Source: Octopus sinensis
Taxonomy: Eukaryota
Direction of reading: 5' to 3'
Length of the DNA stretch: 64,000 nt
Assembly: GCF_006345805.1 (NCBI RefSeq)
Contig: NC_042997.1
Span: 102,920,001-102,984,000 of the forward strand
This document shows, in pieces, positions 1 through 12,529 of this stretch (the first letter of the stretch is position 1; each line of letters begins with the position of its first letter). The translations under genes were made by a program, and so were the position numbers. Under the pieces are notes generated by a model. It ran no database searches. It was not told where the DNA came from and worked only from the letters and a program-made list of their open reading frames with translations.

Positions 1-105
1 ATTTTCTTTTACCCAAAGTCAGGAACTTTTCATTCCTCGTATGTATGTGTGCATATATGTATGTATGTATGCATGTATGTATGTATGTATGTATGTACAT
101 ATATA

Positions 106-320
106 CATGACGGGGTGTTGAAAAGTTCCTAGCTTTAAGAGTATTGCGAAAGGCCTGGCTGGAGGCGCAAACTTCCCAGTTCTTTGACAGGGCTTAGAAA
201 AACTGAAGGATCACTGCAATAAGTGTGTGAATTTGAGAGGGGAATATGATGAATAAAATCATAATTAACTAATCGGTCTGTATTTTTTTTACTCAAAGAA
301 CTTTTCAGCATCCCACGTTA
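106..320 (+). mobile_element. Mariner-derived non-autonomous element (MITE); the right end of a second copy lies at 1-41
   Basis: Inverted ends ACGGGGTGTTGAAAAGTTC / GAACTTTTCAGCATCCCACGT flanked by TA. The interior reads as a mariner transposase C-terminus (..GLEKLKDHCNKCVNLRGEYDE*). Confidence 0.7.
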
Positions 321-1084
321 TGCTTCTATTTTTATTTTGCTGCCAATTCTTTTGAATGATTCACATTCTAGCACCATTAAAGGAGAGTTCATAATATAAA
401 CGTTATATAGCTGGACAAAATTATGGTATTAGCTTACATCTCTTTACTTTATACAAACACAGATAATTGTTACTAGCACACCCAGAGTTAATTATCAGAC
501 CTCTGGAGCTCTGAGGTTCAAAAAGGTAAATAATGTCATAATAATTTATGTCAAAATTGTTGTAATCATTTTTCTATTAGTCAATGATGTTCTAACTTTT
601 CCTTTTATATTTAGTCGTAACACGTTTGCCTTGATCAAGCAGACTTACGATAGAAGACGTTCCAGATGCGAACATCATTCATTTCCCCATACATTTTACT
701 GTATCCAAGATTATATCATTTGACGTATCTGTTGTTGCTTAGCTCCAGATTTATCTCAAAAACTGTAACTATCACGTTTTTATATTCATTATCTTTAAGA
801 CTGTAGGCGTGTTAGAGGAATATTCGGCTGCTGTTTTCGCAGGTACAGCGGCCATGCGGAAGATCTCCCTTGTTTATGAAGATGAGAGGGAATCTTGCTT
901 TTAAAAAACAAAGTCACGTTTTTCTGCAATATATCTTTTACCTTTTACTTTATACTTGTCTCAGTTATATTAGACTACGGCCATACAGGGACACTGCCTT
1001 GAAGAATTTTTAGCTGAACGAATCGACCCCAGTATATATTTTTTAAGCTTGGTACTTATTCTATCGATCGCTTATAAAATCATT

Positions 1085-1476
1085 TACTCTTTTACTCTTT
1101 TACTTGTTTCAGTCATTTGACTGTGGCCATGCTGGAGCACCGCCTTTAATCGAGCAACTCGACCCTGGGACTTATTCTTTTGTAAGCCCAGTACTTATTC
1201 TATCGGTCTCTTTTGCCAAACCGCTAAGTAACGGATACATAAACATACCAGCATCGGTTGTCAAGCAGTGCTAGAGGGACAAACACACACACGCATATAT
1301 ATATACATATATACGACGGGCTTCTTTCAGTTTCCGTCTACCAAATCCACTCACAAGGCTTTGGTCGGCCCGAGGCTATAGTAGAAGACACTTGCCGAAG
1401 GTGCCACGCAGTGGGACTGAACCCGGAACCATGTGGTTGGTAAACAAGCTACTTACCACACAGCCACTCCTGCGCC
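1085..1476 (-). mobile_element. tRNA-derived SINE, family A
   Basis: Minus-strand head GGCGCAGGAGTGGCTGTGTGG (A box) ... GGTTCAGTCCC (B box), internal (TA)/(CA) tract, tail ..GACTGAAACAAGTAAAAGAGTAAAAGAGT. Near-identical copies occur elsewhere in the window. Confidence 0.9.
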
Positions 1477-1661
1477 TTTAATATTCTTTATAATATATCA
1501 TGCTTGCATAACCAAATACCACGTACCTACAAGTTATTAATATTTACATACCAGCTTCAGAAATGCGTTTAGCATGTAAATTGGTATATCTAATAACTTA
1601 ACGCTGCTGTATGTGGTGGTTATATAAGCAATGTGTTCGGAGTCGAGCGTGGGTTAGATGG

Positions 1662-1704
1662 GTGCTGATGGAGGGACTAAAAAACCCTGAAATATGGCAT
1701 ATAC
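1662..1704 (+). ncRNA. Decayed minimal type I hammerhead-like motif
   Basis: GUG CUGAUGG AGGG-loop-CCCU GAAAU AUGGC AUA UAC. A9 is replaced by G and stem I is short. Confidence 0.35.
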
Positions 1705-2234
1705 ACTCATTATCCGTTTCTATCTTCGATCTCATTGTTTGTTTACATTTGACATACATGCTGGAATTATCTTCTTTAGTTGTTGTTTCTTTTATAGATT
1801 TTAATCACTGCTAGGGGTCAGATTTTGCTTACTTATTGCACGAATGATCTTGGCTAACAAACATTTTCCAAATAACTATATATCATATATGTGAGTCTCT
1901 ACTTATTTCTATTTAGTATGCAGAAGGTGCCCGTAAGATATTTATCTCCCAGCCCCACATTGTTGATAACAATAACATATATAGATAATTGAAATCTTTT
2001 GTTCATGATTTTTTTGTTACATAATTTGACAGTGCTTAATTATTTTAGGAAGGTAGGTGTGATTTGAGGTTATTGTGCTTTTTTTTTATTCAATCACAAA
2101 GCAGCACTGAAGTTCAAATATCTTAGTGCTTACGGCATATTAAATACTAATTGACATACGTCGGCCTTAATCTTAAAACAGTCAATTTAATCACCTGAGT
2201 ATTTGTGTGTATTCTCTCTCTCTCACACATACAG

Positions 2235-2278
<44 letters not shown>

Positions 2279-2309
2279 TTATTTAAGTATACCCATGCAA
2301 CAATATGTG

Positions 2310-3520
2310 TATGTGTATATATGTTATAATTTAGAACAAACAATAAAAGGTTGTCATTATAGTACTCGGAGTTTCGAATGTCGGAGCGAAGAGCTGCGAT
2401 GCATTCTCACCGACTTTTAATGGCAACAGACGCTATGAAAAACCGTTGAATAAAAAGGCAGAAAAATAAAAAATAAAATAGAAAAAATACACACAACCAT
2501 ATTCTCACAATACATAGACATAAACCTCCCGCGTTCACAACGTCTACATACGTACACAACCACACAAACATGTATATATACATGCACATACACTCACACA
2601 AACATATATATATATATATTAAAAGATAAAAATTTAATGGAAGTTAAGACATATGCAAAGCTTGTGCAGGAACATAGTAAAAATTTGGATTCTAGCCGTG
2701 ATCTTGGGGAGCGATCTTTCCATATTACAAAGACGGCACTTAACATTACCGTTGGTATAAGGTTTACACTTGGCTAAGATCTTCCGTAAATCCTGTAGTT
2801 GACACCTTGTTCTTTGAAGAACCATATATAACTGGATAATTCGGTAGTTTTCATTAATTCCAGTGTCTGAAGCTTAAGGTGTGATTGTTGAACCTTGCTT
2901 TGAAATTTGTGAGACCCACATATCTCCTGGATGAAACTGTATTATTAGCGTCCGTAGAATTTACGGTGGCTTCATAAATAATGGCCTCGGTCATACAGGC
3001 TACATTTAACGGGCACACGTCTATATCCCTGCAGAAACAGCCGGCTCCGTGTTGTTGTGCTGCATTGTGTGTAATTATGTCTTTAAAGTTTGGGGTTGAA
3101 CTAAAACTAATTTTTAGGTTATGTCTATTGAAGAGTTTTCTATATTTATGATGTATTGAAAATGTTTATCTATAAGTGACAAGAAATATTTACCTACATT
3201 AAAGGTCACGTCAGGGGAGTAAGGGTGTGTGAACCAGATAATTTTCCTGTATCTATGTTTTTCTATATTTCTGGCCTAATAGTGGGTGTGTAAGCTATTA
3301 CCTCTTTATATCCACTAGCTTTAAGGGCATTGTTATATAGTTGGGCAGCATGATCAAATATGTTTATTTTGGAGGAGAGGCTAGAAATACCCCTATTAAT
3401 ATTCTTAGCTATATTCTAAAACACTATGACGGGCGGGGGCAGGAACCTACATTAATATAATTAAGTCTGTCCTTTGGGTTTCTATAGGGTTTGTAAATAT
3501 GCTTTTGTAAATCTATGTGA
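2310..3520 (-). mobile_element. Degenerate Penelope-like element 3' part (Naiad-like linker + GIY-YIG + pLTR)
   Basis: Minus-strand frames give IIWFTHPYSPDVTFNVGKYFLSLIDKHF, CFCRDIDVCPL (CxCx5C), IIYEATV..RRYVGLT..FKARFNNH and KCRLCNME (CxxC), with stops and frameshifts. Confidence 0.8.
2361..2415 (-). ncRNA. Decayed hammerhead motif in the pLTR of the Naiad-like element
   Basis: AG UCGGUGA GAAUG..CAUUC GAAACUC-C-GAGU A CU. Stems II and III are good but the core is mutated. Confidence 0.5.
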
Positions 3521-3535
3521 GTGTGTATGTATATA

Positions 3536-4021
<486 letters not shown>

Positions 4022-4059
4022 CATATATATATACATACATATATATATTATATATATAA

Positions 4060-4255
4060 GCATGAACAGAGGCAAGCATAATTTCTGTTCGACCTCACTG
4101 ATATGCTTTTATGGACCAGATAGTACTCCACCGAGCAAGGGCAAAAATGTCTTGGACATTTGCTTGAGAAATAACGTGGCGCTCACCCATACTTTTAAGA
4201 TGATACCAACGATTCTCTCGGATCATTACTTAATAGAAGAAACAATGTTTAAACG
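4060..4255 (+). pseudogene. LINE APE-endonuclease fragment
   Basis: [31 protein letters not shown] aligns with AGNTLDLCFTND..LIHNVKVRPTLLLDHNMIE of the LINE at 28.8-29.8 kb. Confidence 0.6.
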
Positions 4256-4753
4256 TGTGTGTTCAAAGTGCTGTTACAACCATCTGCTTCAATTAGAAAT
4301 AAGAAAAGTCAGCAGGCCAGCTTTAAAGGTAGTAAAGAGATCCAAAAAACCCCAGTACTCTAGGATAGTTATAACTGTCTCTCCTATAAAAAGTTTCCAA
4401 ACCTCTAGAATGTATCCTATACAAACATACATGCATATATGCATACATACATACTTGCATACATGCATACATACATAAACTCACGCACACACACACACAC
4501 ACACATGTCACTGTGCAGATAGGACACTTGCTTCCCGACTACATCCTTCCAGGTTCAGTCCCACTGCGTGGCACCTTGGACAAGTGACTTCTATTATAGC
4601 TCGGGCCGACCAAAGCCATGTGAGTAGATATGGCAGAGGGAAACCGAAAGAAGCCCGTCGTATATATATATAATTAGGGATCAGCTATTATATATTTCTG
4701 TTAAACCTGCATGTGGCCTACATAAGCTCATTCAGCGCACGAGGAACGGAGAG

Positions 4754-6793
4754 GTGGTATGCCTTCCCACAGATAAGTCCGGCAGGATGTCAATAGACAG
4801 CTTACCGAACTACATCCAGGCAATGCAACCTCATATCGCCAATACAAAGATAACAACTGTACAGGCACATGAGGAGAGAGAAAAGGTCCTCAACGCCCAC
4901 ATGATGATGTGGACAATTGTTCTGGGACCCCAGAAACATACAGGAAATAATTTCCAAGCCTGGAACAATGATATCCCGGCACTGTATGGACTTCGCAAGG
5001 ACCATAAAATAATTACTGACCCTATAGCAGGACCACCAACAAGACCAGTCTGTGGAGCGAATATCGCTAGCAATTACAGAATCTCCTACTTCCTCTCAAT
5101 GATCATACGCCCTATAATCCGGATGTCACCTGATATTTGTGACAGCACAGAAGATCTCATCAGCAGGATCGATGACTGTAACAGCACTTGTGACCTGACA
5201 GGATGTATGATGGGTAGCATGGATGTGGTATCCCTATACCCATCGATCGACGTAGATTTTGCGGTGGAGAAGTGCGTGGAGATGATCAATGAGAGCCAGG
5301 TGGAGTTCTGTAATGTCAACACAGAAGAACTGGGCCTCCTACTTAGACTGACATGTAATACTGAATACTTAGATAAACATAATCTTAGTAGTTTCTGCCC
5401 CAGTAGATGTTTAAGAGGTAGACCGCCCACAATTACTTCTATGGCTAGGAAGACACATATAGAAAAATGGCGCGGATGGACCAGAGCCATACGGAGCCCC
5501 GCAAATGTCCATCAGATAAAGAAAATGATCGCACATGCACTAGGAGCTAGTATAAGAATTACCCTAAAAGGCCACACGTTTAAGTTTAATAATAAAATAT
5601 ATGCCCAGGACGAGGGGGCAGCCATCGGCGTTAGTATCGCTGGTGATGTGGCCAACCTTTTCATGGTATGGTGGGACAGAAGGCTTAAAGAACGCCTAAC
5701 ACAGAACTCCATACTCGTAAACATGTACTCTCGCTATGTTGATGATATCAACATAATGGTAAAGGCACCCCCACAAGAGAGTAATGTTGATATAGTAATA
5801 GAAACTAATACTATGGAGAGCATCCAGCAAATAGCTAACTCCATCCACCAGAGTATTAAGGTCACAATAGACTACTCCACTAAACACCCCAACCATAGAC
5901 TACCAGTACTAGACACCGAACTCTGGCTAGAAACTGTGAATAATAAAACCCAAATCCTTCATTCATACTATGCCAAACCTATGGCCTCAAAATACTTGAT
6001 CCACCGGAACTCAGCCATTACGGACAATGCCAAATTCAATATTTTGATGGCAGACCTCGTCAGAATAATGAGAAATGTGTCATGCATGTGCGAGCCCACA
6101 GAGTTAAAGAGACACATACAATATTTCATTCACCGCATGCAGTTCTCAGGTTACAGCCATAAAGAAAGGATCAGAGTATACAAAGGAGCCATTAAGAAAT
6201 TTGATAATATATTATGTAATGATAGGAATGGTATTTGCCCACTCTATAGGAACAAGTCATGGAACACTATAGAAAGGACAAAAAAGAAAATATCGTATCG
6301 CTTTAGAAGGTCCCTAGACAAACTTAAGCTAAGAATTAAGGTTGTTGAAAAGCCAGGCAACCCTATCAAATCTATAATTGGTAGAACCTATCCTTTTAGT
6401 AGAACCCCCTGTACAGATAGGTACTGTACTGCATGTAGATTTAGCCCACAAACAAACTGTAAAGCCAGAAATGTAGTCTATAGTATAAGATGTATAGAGG
6501 GACGATGCAGTAACAAGACAACGACATACGTAGGGGAAACGGCAAGAAGCATAGGAGAGCGGGTAAATGAGCATTGGAGACAACTCAAGGAAGGTAAAAG
6601 CTCATCGATTCTGTACCAACACGCCGAACAAGAACACGGGGGATCAATCAATAACATAGAAATTAAAATATTATCCACACATAGATCAGATGCAACAATT
6701 AGACAAATTACAGAAGCTACACACATAATAGAAAATAAACCTAGCCTGAATAGAAGACTAGAATGGAGCACTAACACACACCACAACATATGA
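4754..6793 (+). CDS. Penelope-like reverse transcriptase + GIY-YIG endonuclease (679 aa, N-terminally truncated)
   Basis: Motifs TDKSG, LYGLRKDHK, TRPVC, SMDVVSLYPSI, GAAIGVSIAGDVANLFM, RYVDDI, LPVLD, Cys linker CTDRYCTAC..C, VVYSIRC..C..YVGETARSIGERVNEH, H..EH, EATHI..PSLN. No internal stops. Confidence 0.95.
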   Translation: MVCLPTDKSGRMSIDSLPNYIQAMQPHIANTKITTVQAHEEREKVLNAHMMMWTIVLGPQKHTGNNFQAWNNDIPALYGLRKDHKIITDPIAGPPTRPVCGANIASNYRISYFLSMIIRPIIRMSPDICDSTEDLISRIDDCNSTCDLTGCMMGSMDVVSLYPSIDVDFAVEKCVEMINESQVEFCNVNTEELGLLLRLTCNTEYLDKHNLSSFCPSRCLRGRPPTITSMARKTHIEKWRGWTRAIRSPANVHQIKKMIAHALGASIRITLKGHTFKFNNKIYAQDEGAAIGVSIAGDVANLFMVWWDRRLKERLTQNSILVNMYSRYVDDINIMVKAPPQESNVDIVIETNTMESIQQIANSIHQSIKVTIDYSTKHPNHRLPVLDTELWLETVNNKTQILHSYYAKPMASKYLIHRNSAITDNAKFNILMADLVRIMRNVSCMCEPTELKRHIQYFIHRMQFSGYSHKERIRVYKGAIKKFDNILCNDRNGICPLYRNKSWNTIERTKKKISYRFRRSLDKLKLRIKVVEKPGNPIKSIIGRTYPFSRTPCTDRYCTACRFSPQTNCKARNVVYSIRCIEGRCSNKTTTYVGETARSIGERVNEHWRQLKEGKSSSILYQHAEQEHGGSINNIEIKILSTHRSDATIRQITEATHIIENKPSLNRRLEWSTNTHHNI

Positions 6794-6875
6794 CGATAGA
6801 GGATCCTGAAAACATAATAAATACACAGATAAATAAATAAATAACTATATATATATATGTGTGTATATGTATATG

Positions 6876-6924
<49 letters not shown>

Positions 6925-7310
6925 TTTCGATTCAATTTATTATTATTATTACTAGTATTGTTGTTATACATACATACATACATACATACATACAAGCATA
7001 TGTAATGATAATAATGGGTGGATGTAAACACATGAACAAAATAAGAATAAACAAAAACAACAAAAACAAAAACAACAAACAACAAAAAACAAACAACAAA
7101 ATACAAATTACATGAACATATAAATTTACAAATTACATGAACATATATAAACAGAAGATACAAATATTACAGGCATCCCCCACATACACACACTAAATAA
7201 ACATAAACGCACATAGAGATATAAGCATGCGCAAATGAAGACATACAATAGAAATACAAAATGGCTGACGGTTAGTAAGGAGAGACACAAATAAGTGAGA
7301 AGAAAACAAA

Positions 7311-7355
7311 GGACCACTGATGCGGTCACAGGAGTGTGACGAAAGAACTCTGGCC
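7311..7355 (+). ncRNA. Minimal type I hammerhead ribozyme in the PLE 3' region (A9 replaced by C)
   Basis: GGACCA CUGAUGC G GUCAC-AGGAGU-GUGAC GAAAG AA CU C UGGCC. Stems I, II and III all pair. It is on the same strand as the ORF, about 520 nt after the stop. Confidence 0.65.
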
Positions 7356-7707
7356 GAAATAAGATTAATGTAAAAAATAAATAACACTGAAGCAAAGTAA
7401 CACCAAATATATAGTGCGTGTGTTTTTATTGGCTAAACTGGCAAAATGACCATTCCGAAATATAACAATATATATATATATATATATAAATATATATGAT
7501 AAAAATAATGGACACAGATGTGTTTGACTTGATTTTGTGGAATTCTCATTATGCTCCTGGACTCCAACCTACCATGGTTTTTATGAAATGAACTTTTTTG
7601 ACATATTTTTAATTGAGGGGAGTAAAAAAATTTTTTTTGCCGATTGATATTTTATTTAGGTTTTTAGTCACATGACTCACTTTAGAATTTTTAGTCGATT
7701 GTAGATA

Positions 7708-7940
7708 CCTATTTCTTTACTACCCACAAGGGGCTATACACAGAGGGGACAAACAAGGACAGACAAACGGATTAAGTCGATTACATCGACACCAGTGCGT
7801 ACCTGGTACTTAATTTATCGACCCCGAAAGGATGAAAGGCAAAGTCGACCTTGGCAGAATTGAAACTCAGAACGTAACGGCAGACGAAATACGGCTACGC
7901 ATTTCGCCCGGCGTGCTAACGATTCTGCCAGCTCACCGCC
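7708..7940 (-). mobile_element. tRNA-derived SINE, family B (Nin-domain-like body)
   Basis: Head GGCGGTGAGCTGGCAGAA, B-box-like GAGTTTCAATTC, body GTCGACTTTGCCTTTCATCCTTTCGGGGTCGATAAATTAAGTACCAG. Imperfect target-site duplication AGTCGATTGTA.ATACC. Confidence 0.85.
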
Positions 7941-8169
7941 TTTCAGTCGATTGTATATACCTTCTTGATAAGCCGTTCTATATATTTGCATTTTTATTTG
8001 CATATATATCTTTTAGCTTCCGTAGCTTTTATATATGTATACTTTTCATATGTTAAAGATGTTGATAATAACTATGTATGATCAAATGTATAGAAGTGTG
8101 GTGTTATATAAAGTCGTTGACTAAGATTTGATGTGTGTTCTCTAATCAATGTGATATATATATAAATAA

Positions 8170-8464
8170 AAGAAAAGTTTTTAAAGAAAAGTTTTTAAAA
8201 GAATATTTGCATAGTGTTCAAATACAAGCGGCATGACCTCGAACCCACAAGAGTAAACAAGAGAGACAGAGACAGGCAGAAACAAGGAAAATGCCACTTG
8301 TATTTGAACACTATGCAAATATTAAAAAAAAACCTTTTCTTTTAATTTTTCCAAAATTTTATTGTTTTCCATACTTACAGTTGAAAATGTTTCAGTGACT
8401 GAAACCGGTACTGAAATGTTTTTTCTAAAATTATTTTAGCATTTTCTTTCTTGACTTTTTTTCC

Positions 8465-8465
<1 letters not shown>
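8170..8465 (+). mobile_element. Short fold-back PLE-derived cassette; same family as 59.6-61.1 kb
   Basis: Inverted repeat AATATTTGCATAGTGTTCAAATACAAG.GGCAT / ATGCCACTTGTATTTGAACACTATGCAAATATT. Matches 60181-60255 (reverse) and 61035-61140. Confidence 0.7.
8378..8413 (+). ncRNA. Minimal hammerhead, U3-A8 core variant
   Basis: CAG UUGAAAA UGUU-UCAGU-GACU GAAAC CG GU A CUG. Palindromic stem III ACCGGU; stem II is partly decayed relative to the 61051 copy. Confidence 0.55.
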
Positions 8466-8497
<32 letters not shown>

Positions 8498-8990
8498 ATA
8501 TATATATAATATATATATATATATATTATATTATTACTTGATTGAACACCACGCATCCATTTCCAAGTACGTTTATATATATACATAGAGAGAGGGGGAG
8601 AGAGAAAAAGAGAGAGATGGTTAACGGCGGTGCCTCAGCATGGCCGCAGTCCTTAGACTGAAACTAATGTGTCTGTGTGTGTGTGACACATTTCAGTATG
8701 TGTCTATGTATGCATATATTTATGTGTGTGTTCGTGCCTTTGTCTGTTTCCCCCTCCACCGCACTTGATTACCGGTGTTAGTTTGTTTACGTCCCCATTA
8801 CTTAGTGGTTTATTAAAAGAAGGGATAGAATAAATATCAAATGAATAAAGAAAAGAGGTACTGGGGTTGATTTGATCGACTAAACCTGTCAAAATAGTGT
8901 CCCATTAATAATGTGTGTGTGTGACTGCGTGTGTACCGTTGGCGATTTTTTTCCTCCGTCTTCCCTTCTCTGGATCTTTCCTTTTCCTAC

Positions 8991-9025
8991 GTTTCTGACG
9001 AAGAGCTCCGCTCGAAACGTTAAAC
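8991..9025 (+). ncRNA. 35-nt minimal type I hammerhead with loop-less palindromic stem III
   Basis: GUUU CUGACGA A GAGC-UCC-GCUC GAAAC GU U AAAC. Confidence 0.75.
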
Positions 9026-9063
9026 CCTCCTTCTTTCCTTCCTTCGTGAGCGTCCAATAATAC

Positions 9064-11075
9064 TAGTTAGTTAGTTAGTTAGTTAATTTGGCTCAAAAGC
9101 AAATAGCAAGGCCATGTAGGGGGACATGGAGTTAAGTACAGGGTGGTGTTCATGTAAAGAGTTCAGGCCACTTGAGGTCCAGGGAGGCTTTGAACCAAGC
9201 GGTCGTCGGCATCTTCACCATCTCGTCTGGCAGCTTGTTCCACGGATCCGCAACCCGGACGGAGAAAGCTCCTCTCCTTCGATTGAGATGAAATCGTCGC
9301 AGGTAGAGCTTTTCGGAATGACCCCGCAGCCGACGCTCTGGAGCAGGAGTGAAGAACAGCTCTTTCGAGAGGTTACACTTTCCGCTTATGATGTTGTGGG
9401 CGAGAATGATATCACCACGGCGGCGGCGTTTTTCAAGAGAATAAAGGTCGAGCGTCCTCAGCCTTTCTTCGTAGGACAAATTTTTGAGACCATGAACCAT
9501 GCGGGTAGCCAGCTTCTGAACTCTTTCGAGATGCTGTATGTCTTTGAGGAGATAAGGAGAAGAGGCTTGAATCCCATACTCCAATATGGGTCTCACCAGC
9601 GTGACATAGAGTGGTAGGAATATGGCTGCTGTGAGCATTCCGAATGACCGTCGAATCAAGAACAGAGTTCCGCGTGCTTTGTTGGCAGCATGGACGCACT
9701 GGGCCGAAGGCGAAAAGGAGGAATCCACCAAGATACCCAGGTCCTTTACCTGATCGGTTCTCTCCAGCAGCAGACGACCCGGCTCGAAATCAAGTTGAGT
9801 TGCAGGAGTAGAGCCGACAGGCAGATGACAGCACTTTGACACGTTCAGACACAGGTCCCAATCGTTAGACCACTTCCAATTTGGTGGAGGCATCGACGAA
9901 GATCCTCTATATTACCGCGAGGAGCGACCAGTTTGATATCGTCGGCAAATAGAAGGGTGTGTTGCGTGAGGTCGTCGGGCAAGTCATTTATGAAGACTAA
10001 GAACAACAAGGGCCCAAGCACTGAACCTTGAGGCACGCCACTGCTCGCACTGGAGACTTGCGACTTGGAAGGAGCGATCTGAGAGGAAGGCACCAACCCA
10101 TCGTATAATATCCGGATGGAAACTATATGCTTGAAGCTTGACAAGTAATAGGCGGTGGTTTACCGAGTCAAAAGCTTTGGCAAAGTCCAATAAAACGATG
10201 TCAACAGCATCACTATCATCGAGGATGCGCGTCACCAATTCTTACATTACTAGTAAGTTGGTCAAGCATGATCTCTTCGGCACGAAGCCGTGTTGGGAAT
10301 CAGAGATAGAGGCTGTGTTTAGGAGGTGGAGCATCATACTTTTCTTAAGGATGGTTTCGAACATCTTGCTGATTATTGATGTAAGGGAAACCGGTCGGTA
10401 GTTAAGCGGGTCTTCGCGACTCCCTTTCTTGAAAATTGGGCAGATTATCGCTGTTCTCCAGTCTGCAGGTATAACACCCGTCGCCAATGACATATTGAAT
10501 AGTCGTGTTAAGGGCTCGCAGATGACCGGAGCCAACGTTTTGATAACCCGTGGGTGTATGCCGTCAGGGCCGTGACCCTTGTTGACATCGAGGCCTTGAA
10601 TAACACATTTGACTTCGTCCCGCGTGATGACCAATCGAAGCATTGGAGGTACCGATCTATCAAATGGAGGGGGTTCACGACCATCATCTTGCTTGAAAAT
10701 AGTTGAAAAAGCCTCGGCAAATAATTGACTCTGTTGATAAGGGTCCTCAATCGATACGCCTGTTGAGTCTACCAACGTTGCAATCTGGTTGTTCAAGCGG
10801 GAATTCCGCTGGACATGGGCAAAGAAGGTTTTTGGATTGCTACTGGCATTTGCCGCAATTTTGTATTCATAACTGAAGCGTTCTTTCTTTTCAATTTTCA
10901 CGGCTCGGTCTCGTTGAGTTTTGTACACCTCAAAAGCTGCAGTCGAATCCAGATTTTTGAATTCAGCCCAAGCAATATCTCTGAGTCGACGTTCTCGTTT
11001 AACCTTCTTCGTCACCCAGGGCTTGTGTTTCTTCTTCTTGGGAAGCCCAACAGGAACTGCCTGGTCAGTCAAACA
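9064..11075 (-). mobile_element. CR1-group LINE, 5'-truncated, frameshifted RT
   Basis: [61 protein letters not shown] across ORFs 10242-11264, 9984-10238, 9845-10144 and 9150-9893. (TAAC)n tail at 9064-9085. Confidence 0.93.
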
Positions 11076-11152
11076 GGTTCCACGTCCTCGCGTTGTTGTG
11101 TTTTCTCTTTGTGTTTTCATGTTTGGATTAACTACATACATACATACATACA

Positions 11153-11184
<32 letters not shown>

Positions 11185-11257
11185 GAGAGAGAGCGCGAGG
11201 GAGGTGGGGAGAGAGAGATCAAAGACAGAGAATGTAATTTACAACATTCTTCATCCA

Positions 11258-11367
11258 AATCCACAACAATTGTTTCGACTCCTCCTGCACCTGTACCACA
11301 TAGGTCAGATGCTGCCCAATCAATTCTCTTGCATCACAGGTGCATGTTACGCCTCTTCCGATAAATT
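11258..11367 (-). ncRNA. Hammerhead motif, inverted copy of 14947-15056 (core CGGAAGA)
   Basis: AAUUUAU CGGAAGA GGC..GUC GAAAC AAUU GU U GUGGAUU. Confidence 0.55.
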
Positions 11368-11692
11368 TTTAAATAACTATCTCGTTTTCACCTCCTCGTC
11401 ACTCAATAAAAATACGTATCTAGGTCGCTGCTACATTGTAGGTACTCTCATAAAAGAAGTCACACTTTTCGTCAAAAACCAATAAAATAAAATACACCGA
11501 TTAAAAGATATTGATATATAAAACTATGAAAACATAAAACATACAATAAAAGTAATAGCACAATACAGATAGAGCTTTACATGTTATAAAAAAAAACCTG
11601 TGGGCGAGTTTTACACAGCAACCGAGAAGACTTGTATGGATGTATACAAATAAAAAAAGATTTTTTTATTTATATGTGTGTGTGTGTGTGTG

Positions 11693-11830
11693 TGCAAGGC
11701 AAAGGAGAAAAGCGACTGCATATATACTACCTGAACTGACCTGTAATCCTCATACTTGCAGGATCTGTGAACATTTTTGCAAATCGTTGGCGAGACTTAA
11801 ATGTCACATTTGACCCAAGCATTACCGGTG
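11693..11830 (+). pseudogene. Probable RTE-type LINE C-terminal zinc-finger fragment
   Basis: Reads ARQRRKATAYILPELTCNPHTCRICEHFCKSLARLKCHI*PKH (C2H2-like). Confidence 0.4.
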
Positions 11831-11952
11831 AGTCGATTTAGATTCTTTCATCTTCCCTTGATGTACCCCTTCGTATTTACCAATACGCTTTTCTAATACT
11901 GTTGTATTACGATAGCATAGGTTTACGTGTACGTCTCATATATATTTATAAA

Positions 11953-12276
11953 ACTGGCACTTCGTCGGTACAACGACGATGGTTCCATTTGATCTGATCA
12001 ACGGAACAGCCTGTTCGTGAAATTAACGTACAAGTGGTTGAGCACTCCACGTATACGCGTACATTTAATGTAGTTCTCAGGGAGATTCAGCGCGACAGAG
12101 AATGTAACAAGGCCGGCCCTTTGAGTTACATGTACTATTCATTCTTGTCAGGTGAGTGGACTGAAGCAACGTGAAATCAAGTATCTTGCTCAAGAACACA
12201 ACGCACTGTCGGGTATCAAATCTCACTACCTTACGATCGTGAATCAAATACCTCCTAAACGCTAAGCTATGCGCCT
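11953..12276 (-). mobile_element. tRNA-derived CORE-type SINE, family C (older copy)
   Basis: Reverse-complement homologue of 12967-13283. Confidence 0.8.
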
Positions 12277-12277
12277 T

Positions 12278-12309
<32 letters not shown>

Positions 12310-12483
12310 GACGCACACACACACACACACACACACACAGACGCACACACACAGACGCACACACAGACGCACACACACAGACGCACACACACAGACGCAC
12401 ATACACTCAGACGCACACATACACGCAAACACACACGTACACACGTACACTCACATGTGTTTGTGTGTGTGTGTATATATATA

Positions 12484-12524
<41 letters not shown>

Positions 12525-12529
12525 TATCC

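Larger units (their letters stand above)
4715..7470 (+). mobile_element. 5'-truncated Penelope-like retroelement (Nematis-like) with 3' UTR/pLTR, between (TA)n tracts
   Basis: Contains the RT-GIY-YIG ORF and a downstream hammerhead. The frame is already open upstream of the first start codon (..GLHKLIQRTRNGEVVCLPTDKSG). Confidence 0.85.

Noticed and set aside
373-526. Exon candidate (TTCTAG|..AAG|GTAAAT)
   Set aside because: All three frames contain stops and no recognisable protein motif is present.
2634-3520. Selenoprotein-type Naiad (UGA at Cys positions + SECIS)
   Set aside because: The CxCx5C and CxxC positions are ordinary Cys codons here and I could not identify a SECIS by eye.
11762-11828. 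Micro-exon (CAG|..|GTGAGT)
   Set aside because: An alternative frame gives a C2H2-like finger typical of RTE LINE ends, which explains the segment better.
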